Positions 25,011 to 41,107 of a stretch of 64,000 bases of DNA are shown piece after piece. Below the pieces are notes generated by a model. That model was not told where the DNA came from and did no database searches. It saw only the letters and a list, made by a program, of their open reading frames with translations. Within the stretch, counting starts at the first letter, position 1. Each line of letters begins with the position of its first letter. The DNA is taken from assembly GCA_964016885.1 (NCBI GenBank), contig OZ024740.1:54684001-54748000 (forward strand). Reading direction: 5' to 3'. The translations under genes were made by a program, and so were the position numbers. This DNA comes from Eledone cirrhosa (Eukaryota).

Positions 25011-28000
25011 GGTTTGTCCTCTGATCATTAATGTTCAAACAGAATTTGATTAGTTTAATTCTACATAGATTTATATAGTTTTTACATTTTATTTTTATTC
25101 ATATCATTTTCTTCATTGTAAGATTTCGATGATAATGATTATTATGCTGATCATCATATATTCATTTTATGGAGAATTTAGCAGATTTATCACAAAAAAA
25201 AATTGTTTTAATAAACTTTGTATGCTCTCTATTTGCAAAACTTTATTTTATCACAAAGTTGAGTTTTAAAATATATTAAAATTATTTTAATCTCTCCTGA
25301 GTAAAAGATCTTCAGGAAATGGTACTTTCAGTTCTTTGAGCTATGGATTAAGAACGATATTCTCCTGTTTCTTTATTACACGGAAACATTTACAAATTCT
25401 TCAACTATAAAACATCGACCTTGTGATTTCTATTGCTGAGAGGAATTTTATACATTTAAGGAGCTTATGTCATGTTTTAAATGGTATAGAAATGGTAAAA
25501 TATCTAATAGCTCTGATTTAATAAAGAATCTAATAAATGTATGTTGATTAGAAGAAACAGAATTCAGAGAGCGTAGTATATCTATGCAACGTGTTGTAGA
25601 TGGAGGTGATGGAAATATCTGTCGTGTAACATTAAGTTCTCTCAACTGGATACTTGCACAACGTTGCTAATTCCAATGAAACTTCCATAAAGATTAAAGT
25701 TAGGTTTGACGAATAGAAATCACTTACCTTATTTATATTAATAGTAAACTGATTTAAAGCGAAAACAGCGCAGATTTTACAAAAACAATATTCCCTTGGG
25801 GGAAATATTCGAAATGTAAGACATTAACAATTTAGATATTATCACAATGTAACTGCCAAAAAGAAAGAAAAATGTACAAAATGAAGTACTTACAACATAA
25901 ATACAGAAAAACTATATTCATTGCAGAGTAATTCATTATTGGATATGAAAAGTTATGAAAACTTACTAAAAATTGACCAATGACGTGCAAATTCAATCTT
26001 AAATGTTACTAGGAAAGATTACGGGAACAACATATTCATATATTTTGATAAGAGAAAATGTTGAGTATTAAAATTATTTAACAATTAACTCTCAATATAA
26101 TATTTATTGAAATTTCCTAATTTTAACCATTAGCGGTTTTCAGAAATATTCTGAACAGTAAAATTGTTTGGGCTTTTTGAACAGTGGATTAAATGAATAT
26201 AGTGAAACAAAACAACTGAATAATGAAATATTTCAAAATATGAATGGGTGACACATATATTATAAAAGTTATTGTTTATAACGCTTACTATGTAAAATTC
26301 CTACGTACATATTTATATTTTATACTTGATTTCGTAATTTTATTCCTTTATAATAGATAATATCTCCAGGGATTCATAATTAAAACAAATATCTCCATGG
26401 TTTCGCATGCAAGTGGACTAAAATACGAGTACTCTCTGTCTAAAATACAATATTAGCCTACTTGTCTTTTCCATCCTCTTCGGTTACTTGTTTACAATGC
26501 TTACATACAGCTTTGGTCGCAGAAAAAAAATTGTAAATATTCGTGCAACGTTGAGATAAATGTTGTTCTTCCCATTCAAATACCTTACACGTTTTCTTCC
26601 GTTTATACATGTTTTCGCAAAAGGGCTGAGCAACATTAAAACTAGATTTAACAATGTTGAAACAACCGGATGGAGAGGTATTTTTTTTTTAACGTGAAAA
26701 TTACGAAGGTATGCGATAGTGAAATTGTTGGTGGGAAGGTCAGTGTTGTTTCATTGATTCTGTTCGTTGGCACCATTTGTGTACCTTTTGCAATTTTTCA
26801 ACAAACACTCACACAAACACTCACACACACACATACACACACGCATACACGCACACACACAGAAACATGCGCACACTCCCTCTATATGTAGATATATGTA
26901 AACTCATTCATTAATAACCATTATATGGATGATTTGATCTACTGATTGTAAAAGCAGAAGAAAATAAAGCAGAAGAAAATGTAACATTAAGTGGTGTATA
27001 TTGTTTTCTGGTTGAAATTTAGAAAATAAAATATGAGTTGTTTTTCAAGTATGACAATTTAAGCTCAGAATTTAATACAATGAAAAATGTGTGTACTGCA
27101 TATTTAAATTTGCGCGTGGTAATAATTTCTGTACCTATTACCTTTCTTCCGTTGGTGTTTTTTATGTGACATCACTATGTCTTCCAGTCGCCATAACCTA
27201 TTTTATAATGTAACATTCCCACATCAACTTTTATATTGGGCTTTACTACACTTAGAGAACGTAAGTCATAGCGAATCTTTCATCCCACACACATTGCTTT
27301 GAAAGGGCAGATATCCTCGAATATATCTGGATGTAATCAGTCATTACCAATCTAAAAAATTACATTGGATTTATAAACAGTATATGAGTCTATCAATCAG
27401 TGTATGTTTAGTTTGTTTATTGAACAAATATTTAAAACATATTCTTGCCACTGTGAGCATACCTGTGTGTGTACATGCCTGTCTATTTGTAAAATACAAA
27501 GGCATATCTCTATTGGTACTCTCTAGAGATATCATAGTTTCTTATTCTATCACAGCTATACATGCTAGATTTAATATATTAGTATTGAGTAGATATGAAT
27601 TAACACACAGTTGTAAAATCTCACTGATGTAAGTAAATATACCAGATTAATATTACGAACTGGTACCAGATGGAATATGTATTGAAAATGGACGGAAGTT
27701 ATGATGAAAGGTATTAAAAATCTGATCATATATATACATATATATATATATACAGTGAGTGTGTTCTGTTATTATTTCTGACAATATTATTACAACAATA
27801 TGACCCTCCTCAAGTACAACAATATTTGTTTCGACGCACGATTTCATATCAAAAACCTCGCAAAACAAATTCATCGCCGTCATATATATATATACGTATA
27901 TAGGAAGAGGTAGTGAGAGAGAAAGAGGTAAACAGAGAGAGACATTATATAAAATGAGTAGCTATTCAAAATTAGAATATAAGGGAATTTGTCGAATTCA

Positions 28001-28239
28001 TCTAATAGTTTAACATATCTTTCCACCTATATTGAACTCAAACACCATAGCAAGACCTACAATATCTTAATATTACAGACAATGTCTCCTTTATAACATA
28101 AAATAATATTTATCACTTAATTCCCAAATTGTAGCCAGATGCATTGAAAATAACTGGTCACCGACCAACTAACTGACATCGCAATCTACTCTGTCTGAAC
28201 AGTACGTAAATACTTCTGAATAATCATGCGCGTATGTAA

Positions 28240-29138
28240 TCTATATATATAAAACTGTGGTTGTCTGTCTGTCTATCGATTTTTGGCACACATCTCCTCT
28301 TAGAATCTCTCACGGAATTGCACCGAAATTGCTATCCTTGTACATTGAGCCCTAGCGAAGACATCGGAAAAAAAAAATTTCAAATTGACCCACCCTATGT
28401 GACGAAATCGAATATAATGTATCGATTTTTGAGCGTAAGTTATCAGTTATTTCCCTTTGTTCTGTTTACATTGAGCGTCTTACGTAAAACATTACGCTGG
28501 CTTTAATAGTTGTCGAGCCAGCAAAATTCATCAGTTCGAACACTAAGCTTCCGTTTTGCTTCATTTCCATTTAAAAGCATTTTAAAACAATATTTTTACT
28601 TGAAAACAAGTCTATTTAAAGACTACGTAAAACAAGCAAATATTTCGTCGTTAGGCGTGCAGACAGACAGTCGTGCAGACAGACAGTCGTGCAGAGAGGT
28701 GATATAGGCGTGCAGACAGACAGTCGTGCAGAGAGGTGATATAGGCGTGCAGACAGATAGTCGTGCAGAGAGGTGATATAGGCGTGCAGACAGACAGTCG
28801 TGCAGAGAGGTGATATAGGCGTGCAGACAGACATAACTGATAATTTGGTTACGCTAATGTTTTTCTCTGCGTTGCAGTGTTTACATTTTCGATCTTTGTT
28901 AATAAATAACCAGTCCAGTTTCTATACCCAGCATCCTCTTTTGTTATAACATTCGGGTTATCGTTATGTTTTCTTAACTTCATAAGGCATATTATTGGTT
29001 GAGGGAATATTAATCAAAAACACCACATGCAAGTCTGCAGAGTAGACACTACAGTTTTTAAGCCAAGAAAGAAACTTAACATTGTAACTTTAACACAGCT
29101 ACTGAGCGACCCCGAGCAACGCCGGGCTTTACTGCTAG
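28240..29138 (+). mobile_element. Non-autonomous Helitron with an internal 37-bp minisatellite (28653-28832)
   Basis: A|TCTATATATATAAAAC 5' end. 3' hairpin cccgagc-aac-gccggg, then CTAG|T. AT target site, no TSD. Confidence 0.85.
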
Positions 29139-31265
29139 TTATGTATAAATAAGTTAGTATCTATAATATACAGTTATAATATCATTGAGTGAGTAAGTAA
29201 AGGCTGGAGCTGCAAATATTCGATCAAATTAGTTCTGTTTAATAATCTTTATTTGCTCTTCCGGGTGATGGATTTGCTTTTAATCATACGTTAAACGCTG
29301 TTATTTTTATCTTTGAACATTTGTACACTTTTCAACTGTCTTTGTTGTGTACATATCTAACATTGTTGATAGCCTTCAGTTCTTTGAATTTTTCACGATT
29401 CTTAACCAAATTAACCTTTGTAAGGTCGCGTCCCGCTGGAGCCGGAAACTGCTATCGTTACGGTGCCAGTTACAATGTCTTCTGATAAATTTCCAGTTGG
29501 AGATGGGTTGAAAAAACCCTATGATAAAACGAAGCTAAACCCTAGTTATGTAATATTTAAAATTATTAAATGGCTTCTGTGAATAACACTTGCTGATGCA
29601 TCTATTGCATGCAGAATTGCATACAGAATTATATGTTTTATATTGTATATATTGACGTAAAAATATAAAGGAAGTACATAAATTTTGGAATTAAATCTTT
29701 TATATATGCAGCTCACACATCAATACTTTTATATATAATATCTATAAAGAATTATACCTGTTATAATTACTTCACATAGATAGTTTTACATGCAACTGTT
29801 CGAAAATTCTTGCGTGTTATAGGTAATGAGAATCACGACAAAATTCGTAGTATATCTTCGAGAAATTTGACTACGGATGTAGTATGTGTTCGAAAATCTT
29901 TTAAAGAAATATGTTATTTGGTAGCCTGATCATGTAAATAAGATTTTCAATGCCGCCTTTTCTCTTTGAATGGTGGCTTATTCAATACAACATATTTAAT
30001 ATTTTTATATAAGTATTTTATATAAGTCTCAATATTTATCAGGCAGTTGTAAGAAATTAGTGCCAAACGAAGAAGTAAAGGAAATCATTTAAAGCTTCCG
30101 CACCAACATTTCAACAATTGTCTTATGATAATTAACTTTTATTCTGATTAATTTATATTGCAAAATATATAAGCATTTTCGTATATAATATAACGATGTG
30201 TTTATGTTTTGTCGTCTATTCTGTGATAAATTTGAATATACATTCATAAGAAATGTAAAATAAAATAACAAAGACCCCACTAACGTTTGGAGTGCATTTT
30301 GATTACCTTAAAATGCGTCTATTAAGGTAACAGAGATTAACAGAGATGAATTAACAATTTGTGAGGCATATTTAAAACATATACTTGTGAATGATGCAGA
30401 AATTTTGTGAACCAATAAAATTATTTTTTCAGTAAAATGGTTATTTTTTTAATATTCGACTTATTAAACTACGCAACAAGAATACAGCATTGAAGACTAT
30501 ACTTGTGAATGTATTTGTTTCAAATTCCAATTCAATGTTTATTGTACATATTAGATGTACAGGCTTTCGCAAATAGTATTTTTCTCGTTCTGGGCGTATG
30601 ATATCCAGTAGCGAAAGTAAGACAAAAATAAATAATATATCAATGTCTAAATTAAAATCAATTTAATGCCCTTTACATCGTTTCTTCGTTCGAGTGCTGT
30701 AATGGATCTCTTTAATGTGATACTAATTAATGTCATAATCACATTTTAACAGCCCATATTATCATATATTTCTTCATATATTTTATTAATTAAAAGTCTA
30801 TTTTACTTCTCCATCCCCTTATGATAAACCATTTTTGAACGTAGCAATGCAAAAACAGAAGCACATACGCCGCAATATTTAGAGCTAAATCTTCTACTAT
30901 TTATATTGCAAAATATATAAGCATTTTCTACTATTATTTCTTTATGCCTGTAAGACTGCTTTAAATGGTAGTTATGTCTCTTTGTTATATTCATAGATCA
31001 ACCTTCGGAAAACATCAATCCGAACTAATATACGATTTTAGTCGATAATAATATCCTTTATTTTGTTAATGTTAAATAAAAAAAGTTATTGGCTTTAATG
31101 AATATCTCAGACGTTTGGTTTTGCAACAAGGTCAGTTCTGCTTTGCACACATTAACACTGCGGTATATTAAGCTGGTGTTTTCTATCCAGAGAAATTGCC
31201 TAACGACATATAACACACGAACAAACACACATGTATATATGTATATAAATATATATATATTTATG

Positions 31266-31488
31266 TATTAAAATAACAGATTACAGTTTAAGCAAAGTAT
31301 CGCTGCTTTCACCCTTAACGGGATCTTCTGAAACTCAGAAGATCCTGTTAAGGGTGAAAGCAGCGATTCTTTGCTTAAACTTTAATCTTTTATTTTAATA
31401 AATATTTGCTCTAGGGTTCTTATATATTTGGTATAGATTAATCCTTATCGAGCCCTCTTTGGATTTTAGACTTTACATTTATTATTAT

Positions 31489-31492
<4 letters not shown>
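31266..31492. mobile_element. Short palindrome-plus-tail element (family with 49918-50455 and 55735-55866)
   Basis: Arms 31266-31331 and 31335-31400. Tail ccttatcgagccctctttggattttag ends at (TA)n. Confidence 0.8.
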
Positions 31493-31561
<69 letters not shown>

Positions 31562-31563
31562 CA

Positions 31564-31659
<96 letters not shown>

Positions 31660-31691
31660 AAAGAATAGTGGTGTAAAACACGAGTTGTGAT

Positions 31692-34600
31692 ATATTGGTA
31701 GAAGAAAAAGAAAATGCTGACAAATTGTTCCCAGTGAAAAATAGTTTAATTAGGAATAAGTAAAAATTAGTAATAAGTATTGGTTAGTATTCATTTTTAG
31801 TTTTAAGTTTTTACCGGTTGCGCATTTCTAATGCTTTTCAAAAATAATTTTGGGATAGAGCGCCCGTGATGTTTGCACTAATCTGAGTAGTTTGGGAAAT
31901 TCTACCTGTTTTATCTGAAAAAAGTGGCTCCAGACGTATTAAAATAAGTTTGGTGCCAATTCGTGTTGCAAAAATTATTGTGGGCAAAGCAATTTTGATT
32001 GGTCGGTAGAGGTCATGTGAATGTTAAAAATTGATTTTGCGCCAAATGTAGGTTTGTCGAAGAGTGTCCTTTTTCGCCTGATTGAGAAGTCACTGAAAAA
32101 TAAGTCTTTTAAGACGAATATGTGTGTGTGTGTAGTAAAGAGGTTCATTGTTGTGATAATTGTCAGTAGGGATGTGTGCGTGAATTGCAGTCATGTTGAA
32201 AGGTCAACAGTTCAGGTGCCTATTAAGGCAAATATGTGTGTGTGTGTGTGTTTGTGTGTAGCAGAGTAATTCGTGGTAGAGGGATCGGTCAGTAGGAATG
32301 TGTCTGTACGTCTGTGGTGGATATTTTTACTTTTTGAAAGATATTTTTCAGCTCTTCCCTTAACGGAGAAGTGTGTGTGTGTGAATATATATGTCTCTTT
32401 GTATGTTAGTGTACGCGTGTGTATGTGTGTGTGTGTATATATGTGTGTATGTGTGTATGTGTATGTGTGTGTGTGTATGTGTGTGTGTGTGTGGGTGGAC
32501 CATTATTTTTGTGATACTGGTAAACATGGTGTACATTATTCGATATTTTCAGCAAAAAAGATTCTCTCAAGAGAACATCACAAACATTAATAATAAAAGG
32601 TGTAAAATGATGTCTAGTATTGTCATAACACCAAGGTGTGTGTGAGTGTGTCCAGATTGTACGTACTGCAAGGGGAATCCATTAGGCCCTGCCGTATTCG
32701 AATACTTGTGTACAAATATGTTTGTGCCCATCAGTGTGCAATGCATATGTGCGTATATGTATGTGTGTGTGTCGGCACGTTTATATCTATAGACATCAAA
32801 AGGTATGCAAATTTGTATGTATTTGTGTATGTTTTTGGTCTGGCCTATGTATTGTTCTCGACAACCTGAGCAAGTTAATACATATATTAGATTTTCTGAT
32901 GCGCATGTGAAGTCGTGTTTTACTATAAAACGTTGTCCTTCTTTGAAATCGAATTCTGAACCCTCTATTAGGTTGATGCATATGCCACAGTTGGGTCTAT
33001 CGCATTTTTTTACTGTGGCTTTCGTTGTTGTGGTTGGCAGTACTTTGGCATGTGTTAGGATGTTTTTCATTGACTTAGATTGTCATTTGCTCTTTATGAT
33101 ATCGTGTGTTCGGGAGATTTGGTTCATTCTATGGTCCCTTTTTAACACAAGGATGTTCTGGAGGATGGTGTCAATTGCCTCATTGTTGAGGGGGATGTAT
33201 GTGGAGATGTATGGAAGAGCTTTTAGTTTCGATTGATTTACTTTAGGGTGTCTAATGTCATGGGTACTGAGTTTTAGGGCACGTTGGATTCCAATGTCAA
33301 TTAGTGATGCAGAGTCGTCCCTGCCTATGAGTGTGTCCTTTTGTTCTTGTAGCCGTAAGTAACAGGTGTTTTTATTGGAGACTATAGTACAGATTCTCTT
33401 GCCTAAGTTGAAGGGAATATTAATTTTAACGTGTCTAGGGTGGCAAGAGTTGAAAGGAAGATATTGCTTGGAGTCTATGGGCTTGTAGTATATGTCTGTT
33501 TCTATTGTTTTGTTATGAATCTTAATTAGGATGTCGAGGAAGGGGAGTTGTTGATGGCTGTATTCCATCGTAAAGTTAATATTCGTGTTGAGCCCATTTA
33601 TAAGGGTGTGAAATTCTTTAAGTTTCTCGATGTTTTCATGCCAAAGGATGAAGCAGTCATATAGATATCGCTTCCAGTTCTTTTCTATGTGTAAGTGGAG
33701 AGTGTTTCCAAATTTGTTTAGTACTTTAGTGTAGAGGGTGATTTCCAGGTATCCCATGACAAGGTTGGCATAAGTGGGGGCTGTTTTCTTTCCCATAGCG
33801 GTCCCAGATTTCTGCCTGTAGGATTTGTTATTGAAAACGAAGTAATTGTTCTCCAAGATAAATTTGAGTCCCTCTATCACGAATTCTTTTTTGATGCGTT
33901 GTGGGAGTTCATTGTGGTAATTATCCAGCCATAATTGGATAGCTTCTATTCCTAGGTTGAGGGGGATGTTGGAGTATAGGTTGACTACATCGAATGTCAC
34001 AAGTAGGGTTTGTTCAGAAAGGGGCATATTAGGAAGGTGGTTGAGCATATCTAGGTCATCCCTTATATAGCTTTTGATGTGTTTGAGAAAACGCTTGAGA
34101 AGTGTATCAATGAAGTTGCTAAGGCGGTGGGTTTCGCAAGCGGGGACTGCTATTATATGTCTTAATTTGAGATCATTGGGTGAGGGGACATTTATGACTA
34201 TGTCTGTGGTTTCCTTGCATACCTTACTTATTAATTCGCTTTTATGTACTTTAGGGATACCGCAGAAAAGGCTGGATTTACTTGTGATCTCTCTGATGAA
34301 GCTGAATTCCTTGTTAGTGAGTCCTTCTTTGTATTGGTTGATCAGAGTTTTTAGGTATCTCATAATTTTATGTTGATTGTAGTGTTCAGCCTTTTCGTAG
34401 TACGTTTCGTTTTCCAAGGTGGAGAGCGCTAAGTTGATATAGAATTCTGTCTCCATTAGGACTACTGTACTCCCTTTATCAGCCTCTTTAATTGTAATGG
34501 TTCTGTCGGTTTTTAATGTATTTAATTCTTCCCATTATTTCTTGTTGAGGTTTGGCTTGTGTTTTTGTCAGTGCAAGTGTTGGTAAGGGAAGTTTGTGAT

Positions 34601-35159
34601 GTGTTCACAGAATTCGTCCAGGATTTTATTTCTACCTTTTCATGGGGTGTAGTTGTTTCTATTTCTGGCTAATGATTCATCCTCATTGTACTGGTCGAAT
34701 AGTTCTTCACTGAGTCGTAACTTTCTACAGATGTCTGTGATGTCTTCCTTCATTTTATAGTAGTTAGGACGTAGTGGGGTCGGTGTGAATTTAAGACCTT
34801 TGGAGAGTAAGTTGATAAGGTTGGGTGTTGGTTCTGCACTAGTTAGACAGATAATTTTTATTACTCTCGGTTTCTCCTCCCTGTCTTGTGTTATTTTGTT
34901 TGCCTGTATCTGTGTGCTGTGTCTAAAAAATGGTTGGGGTAGAGGGGTTGTCTGCTCATGTTAAGTGGTCTCCTATGTTTGTTATATTCCTTGTTGTTGT
35001 AAAATGTGGTTCGGGTTCGTGGTTGTAGATTGAATGGGGTGTTCCTGTTTTGCGAGTATGGATGTGTGTTTGGCTTGTGTTTTTGTCTGTGCAAGTCTTG
35101 GTAAGGGAAGTTTGTGATGTTTTCACCATTTTTGGTAAGGGAAGTTTGTGATGTGTTCA

Positions 35160-35160
<1 letters not shown>
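31692..35160 (-). mobile_element. Penelope-like element (Neptune-like), left member of an inverted doublet
   Basis: LLSKGLKFTPTP N-terminus, ADKG, RT ORF, CxxxxCxxC linker, GIY-YIG truncated after QYIGQTKN, long microsatellite-rich 3' region. Confidence 0.9.
33083..34456 (-). pseudogene. Penelope-type reverse transcriptase (catalytic YLDD changed to YLYD)
   Basis: GIPKVHK, FDVVNLYSNIP, QKSGTAMG, APTYANLVMG, WKRYLYD, LPFLDI, SCHP. Stops and frameshifts upstream. Confidence 0.9.
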
Positions 35161-37600
<2,440 letters not shown>

Positions 37601-37641
37601 TATATATATACATTTATATATATTTATTTATATATATATAT

Positions 37642-37748
<107 letters not shown>

Positions 37749-38910
37749 TAGATATAGATATAGATATGTATATATATGGAATGGATCTCCTTTGATTTTG
37801 TTATTTTCTTTCCACCTGTTTGGTTAACGTATGCACATGTGTAAAAGCGACGATTAAATGGTAATAAAGTATTGTATAAATTTTTTCCCCCAAAGGAAAT
37901 TACTTCGGAGTTCGATATTTAAAATGTCTCAAATCTCGAACTAATTAATTTAGCACTGAAAACCTATGTAGTGAGTTGATTACTCTACAACACTAAATGT
38001 AAATGAAATCGAAGTAATTTATGTAGTCAAGATCCACAATTTGTTTTCCGTCGACCGATTTCTCATCTTTATAAATTTCATTTGCCTTATTGAAAATTTT
38101 GTAGCAAAATATATTTGAAGATTTCTTATCTTTCTTTTATCTATAAGAGGAACACATCTTGGCATTGTACACAACCAACAACCAAATTATTCACCATTTA
38201 AAGTGTTCTGGGATTTTTTAACCTTTTACCACACTTTCTCTCTCTTTGTTCTTCCGCAATATGCTTGAAGTTAAATAGACAGGTAATATCAATTTTGTAC
38301 AAAGGGAACCGCACAACCTCTGATAGCAAATGCACATATGCCTCCTTAGCCTAAAAACAGATAATTTCTCCACTCAGTTATTTTGCCTCTTCGTCTTTGT
38401 TGAGATGATGAACTTTTCTTAAAATCTATTCAAATCAGAGATAAGGTTCGGCAATGTAGGCTGAATTAGCTTTTCGCATTGATTAAATGAAGATCTGAAA
38501 AGAAAATCGAAACAAAAAGAAAAATAAACTATGATGTCGGTCTCGATAGAATTAGGGTCTAGATTATTTTATTCCCAAAAGCCAATTTAATTATCAGTCG
38601 AACTGCTGTTTATGTAATGAAAATATACGTGCCTCGTGCAGAAACTGGAAATTCAAGAAAAACCTATTTTCAAAGAAAGAGAAGGAAAAAGACAGATTGT
38701 TTTTTTAATCCATGTAATTTTATTTATCTGCGTGGTTCTTTTTATTTAAACATTAATCAAACGAATAAGGGAATATAATCAATAAATTCAAATATTGTGC
38801 TTACCCCATAAGGAAAATGAGAGAAAATTATAGAAATTACAGATGAATAAAATAAGGAAATTATTTATCATGCACATATAGTCTTGCAAAGAACTTTTAC
38901 TTATAGAGAC

Positions 38911-39047
<137 letters not shown>

Positions 39048-39539
39048 TGTGTGTTTGTGTGTGTATTGATGTAAGTATATATATATATATATATGTGTAT
39101 ATATATATATATACATACATATATGTGTGTGAGTGTGTTTGTGTGCGTTTATATGTTAGTGTAAGTATATTTATATTAAATACTACCATAAAGAGATAAC
39201 ATTTTCCAACGCGAAAATTATATAATAACGAATATATGCTAAACAACAAACGAAATCAAATTTCAAACGTATGGATGACATGCTTGAAGATATGTAGATT
39301 GAACAATGTAAGACGGAGTATTGATAAAGTAATATAAGGGAAAATGAAAACAAAAACAGCGAGAAACACATATACATACGTCCATGTACATACATATAAT
39401 CATACATACATATATACATACATACAAGTATATACATACATGCATACAAAAAGACATACATACATACATAGATACATATATACACACATACATACAAACA
39501 AACAGACATACAGACATACAGACAGTCATATACACAATG

Positions 39540-40312
39540 CGGTGATTGCACCAATTTCAAAAATGCTTGCCATCACTTGGAGATGTATCAATTTCATCAC
39601 CATCAGTAACCTTCCGCCTATGACCTCTCAAGTAACGTTTCCGTCCTGCTGCAGATTTACATTGTTTGAAGCAAAATTGACATATATATATATACTGTGT
39701 GTTAATTAGATTTGATTGCAGAAGGTACTTTAAACCAGATTTAACACATATTGTCCCATCTGGTCTATGAGGAAGAACTCTGTGTGCTCTTGGTCTTTCA
39801 TGGAATTTAGAATGATCGATATATTTAGAGAGTAAAACACGCCGATATGTCAAGGTTTCTATGTAACCATTGAGAATCTAGTCACAGACCTTCCAAACAC
39901 ACTTTATAGCTTTCTTAGTTAACAAGCTCTTCTTCAAAACATTTATAATTTTCCTTAACAAGCATTCTCTATACAACGCTGTTCCGGCGAGTTTACCCGA
40001 ATTCTAAACATCTATCTGCGGCTACTTTAGATTGCTTTTCATGCAGCCCTTTTATCTTCTCTTAATCTTATGATGAGGTCGTTTTTAATAATCCAAGTGA
40101 ACAATATGGCCTACCCAACGCACCTGAGTTTTTATGACGTACATCTGCTCGCAAATTATGCTTGTATGCGAACGTCTGTGTCAGGTATTTTGCATTGCCT
40201 CTGAATGCTCAGCATGTGTCTCAAACACTTTTCATAAAAGCTCTCCAGCAACATGCGATACCTACAATGCACTTTTTATTCATCAGACGAGTACAAAAAT
40301 AGTTATTGGTAA
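39540..40312 (-). mobile_element. Decayed RTE-clade LINE, 3' part
   Basis: C-terminal YICQFCFKQCKSAAGRKRYLRGH zinc-finger remnant and (ATGT)-type tail. Reads on from 47299 across the Helitron. Confidence 0.65.
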
Positions 40313-40455
40313 ATAGACCACCCGTGACCCGTTGGGTCATGTTCACTTAAAAATATTTTTTAAATAATTAAAATATACACAAATGTATATAATGTAAAAT
40401 GACATTGGAAAGCCAATATATATATATACGTGTATGTGTGTGTGTATATGTACGT

Positions 40456-40487
<32 letters not shown>

Positions 40488-41107
40488 TTGTGTGTGTGGG
40501 TGTCTGGTTAGAAACACACACACACATACATCCTGTCCTAACACAAGTTATAAGATACATATAACTTAATATTCAGTCACCAAATTCCAGCTAGATACAG
40601 TAATGCTGTATTCAATTCTTTGAAGTCACCTGTCATAATTTCATTCAACACCACCAGCTATCTCCCTCTCTCTCTCTCACAACCACTATCTGCGTTTGTA
40701 TTCACATTTCAATGGTACCTTACTTTCACAGAATTTTCTCATTATGCGCTGATTTGGCTACTTATAAAGGTACCCGAAAAAACCTGCGTATCTCGGGACC
40801 CGTGTTCCGATTTTACGTGAAACTTGTCTTTTCACTGTATTATTCACAAGTATTTTCACAAAGAAAATATCAAATCATTTTTCACTTATAGCTATCCAAT
40901 CACTCCACTTCAAAATTCTTTTTTCTATATCTCTATGGATGTTTGACTGTTTGTACTGAAATATTTTTCTGCTTAAAAAGTTGCAATGTTAATGCAAAGC
41001 TGGTTTTATTTACAAAAAATTGAAAGAAATTATTCTTACTTGTCTTAGTTTTTCCTTTTCCTTTCATTTTCTGACGTCGGAATCAACATTTTCTCATATT
41101 TACGCTG

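Noticed and set aside
27800-27885. Minus-strand GAAA-CAAAUAUUG-UU hammerhead 3' half
   Set aside because: The CUGANGA and stem I 5' side are replaced by (TA)n, so the fold is incomplete.
28653-28832. CRISPR-like 37-bp periodicity
   Set aside because: There are no unique spacers; it is a plain minisatellite in eukaryotic DNA.
38231-38494. Minus-strand exon-like segment with acceptor and donor
   Set aside because: Stops occur in all three frames; not supportable without RNA data.
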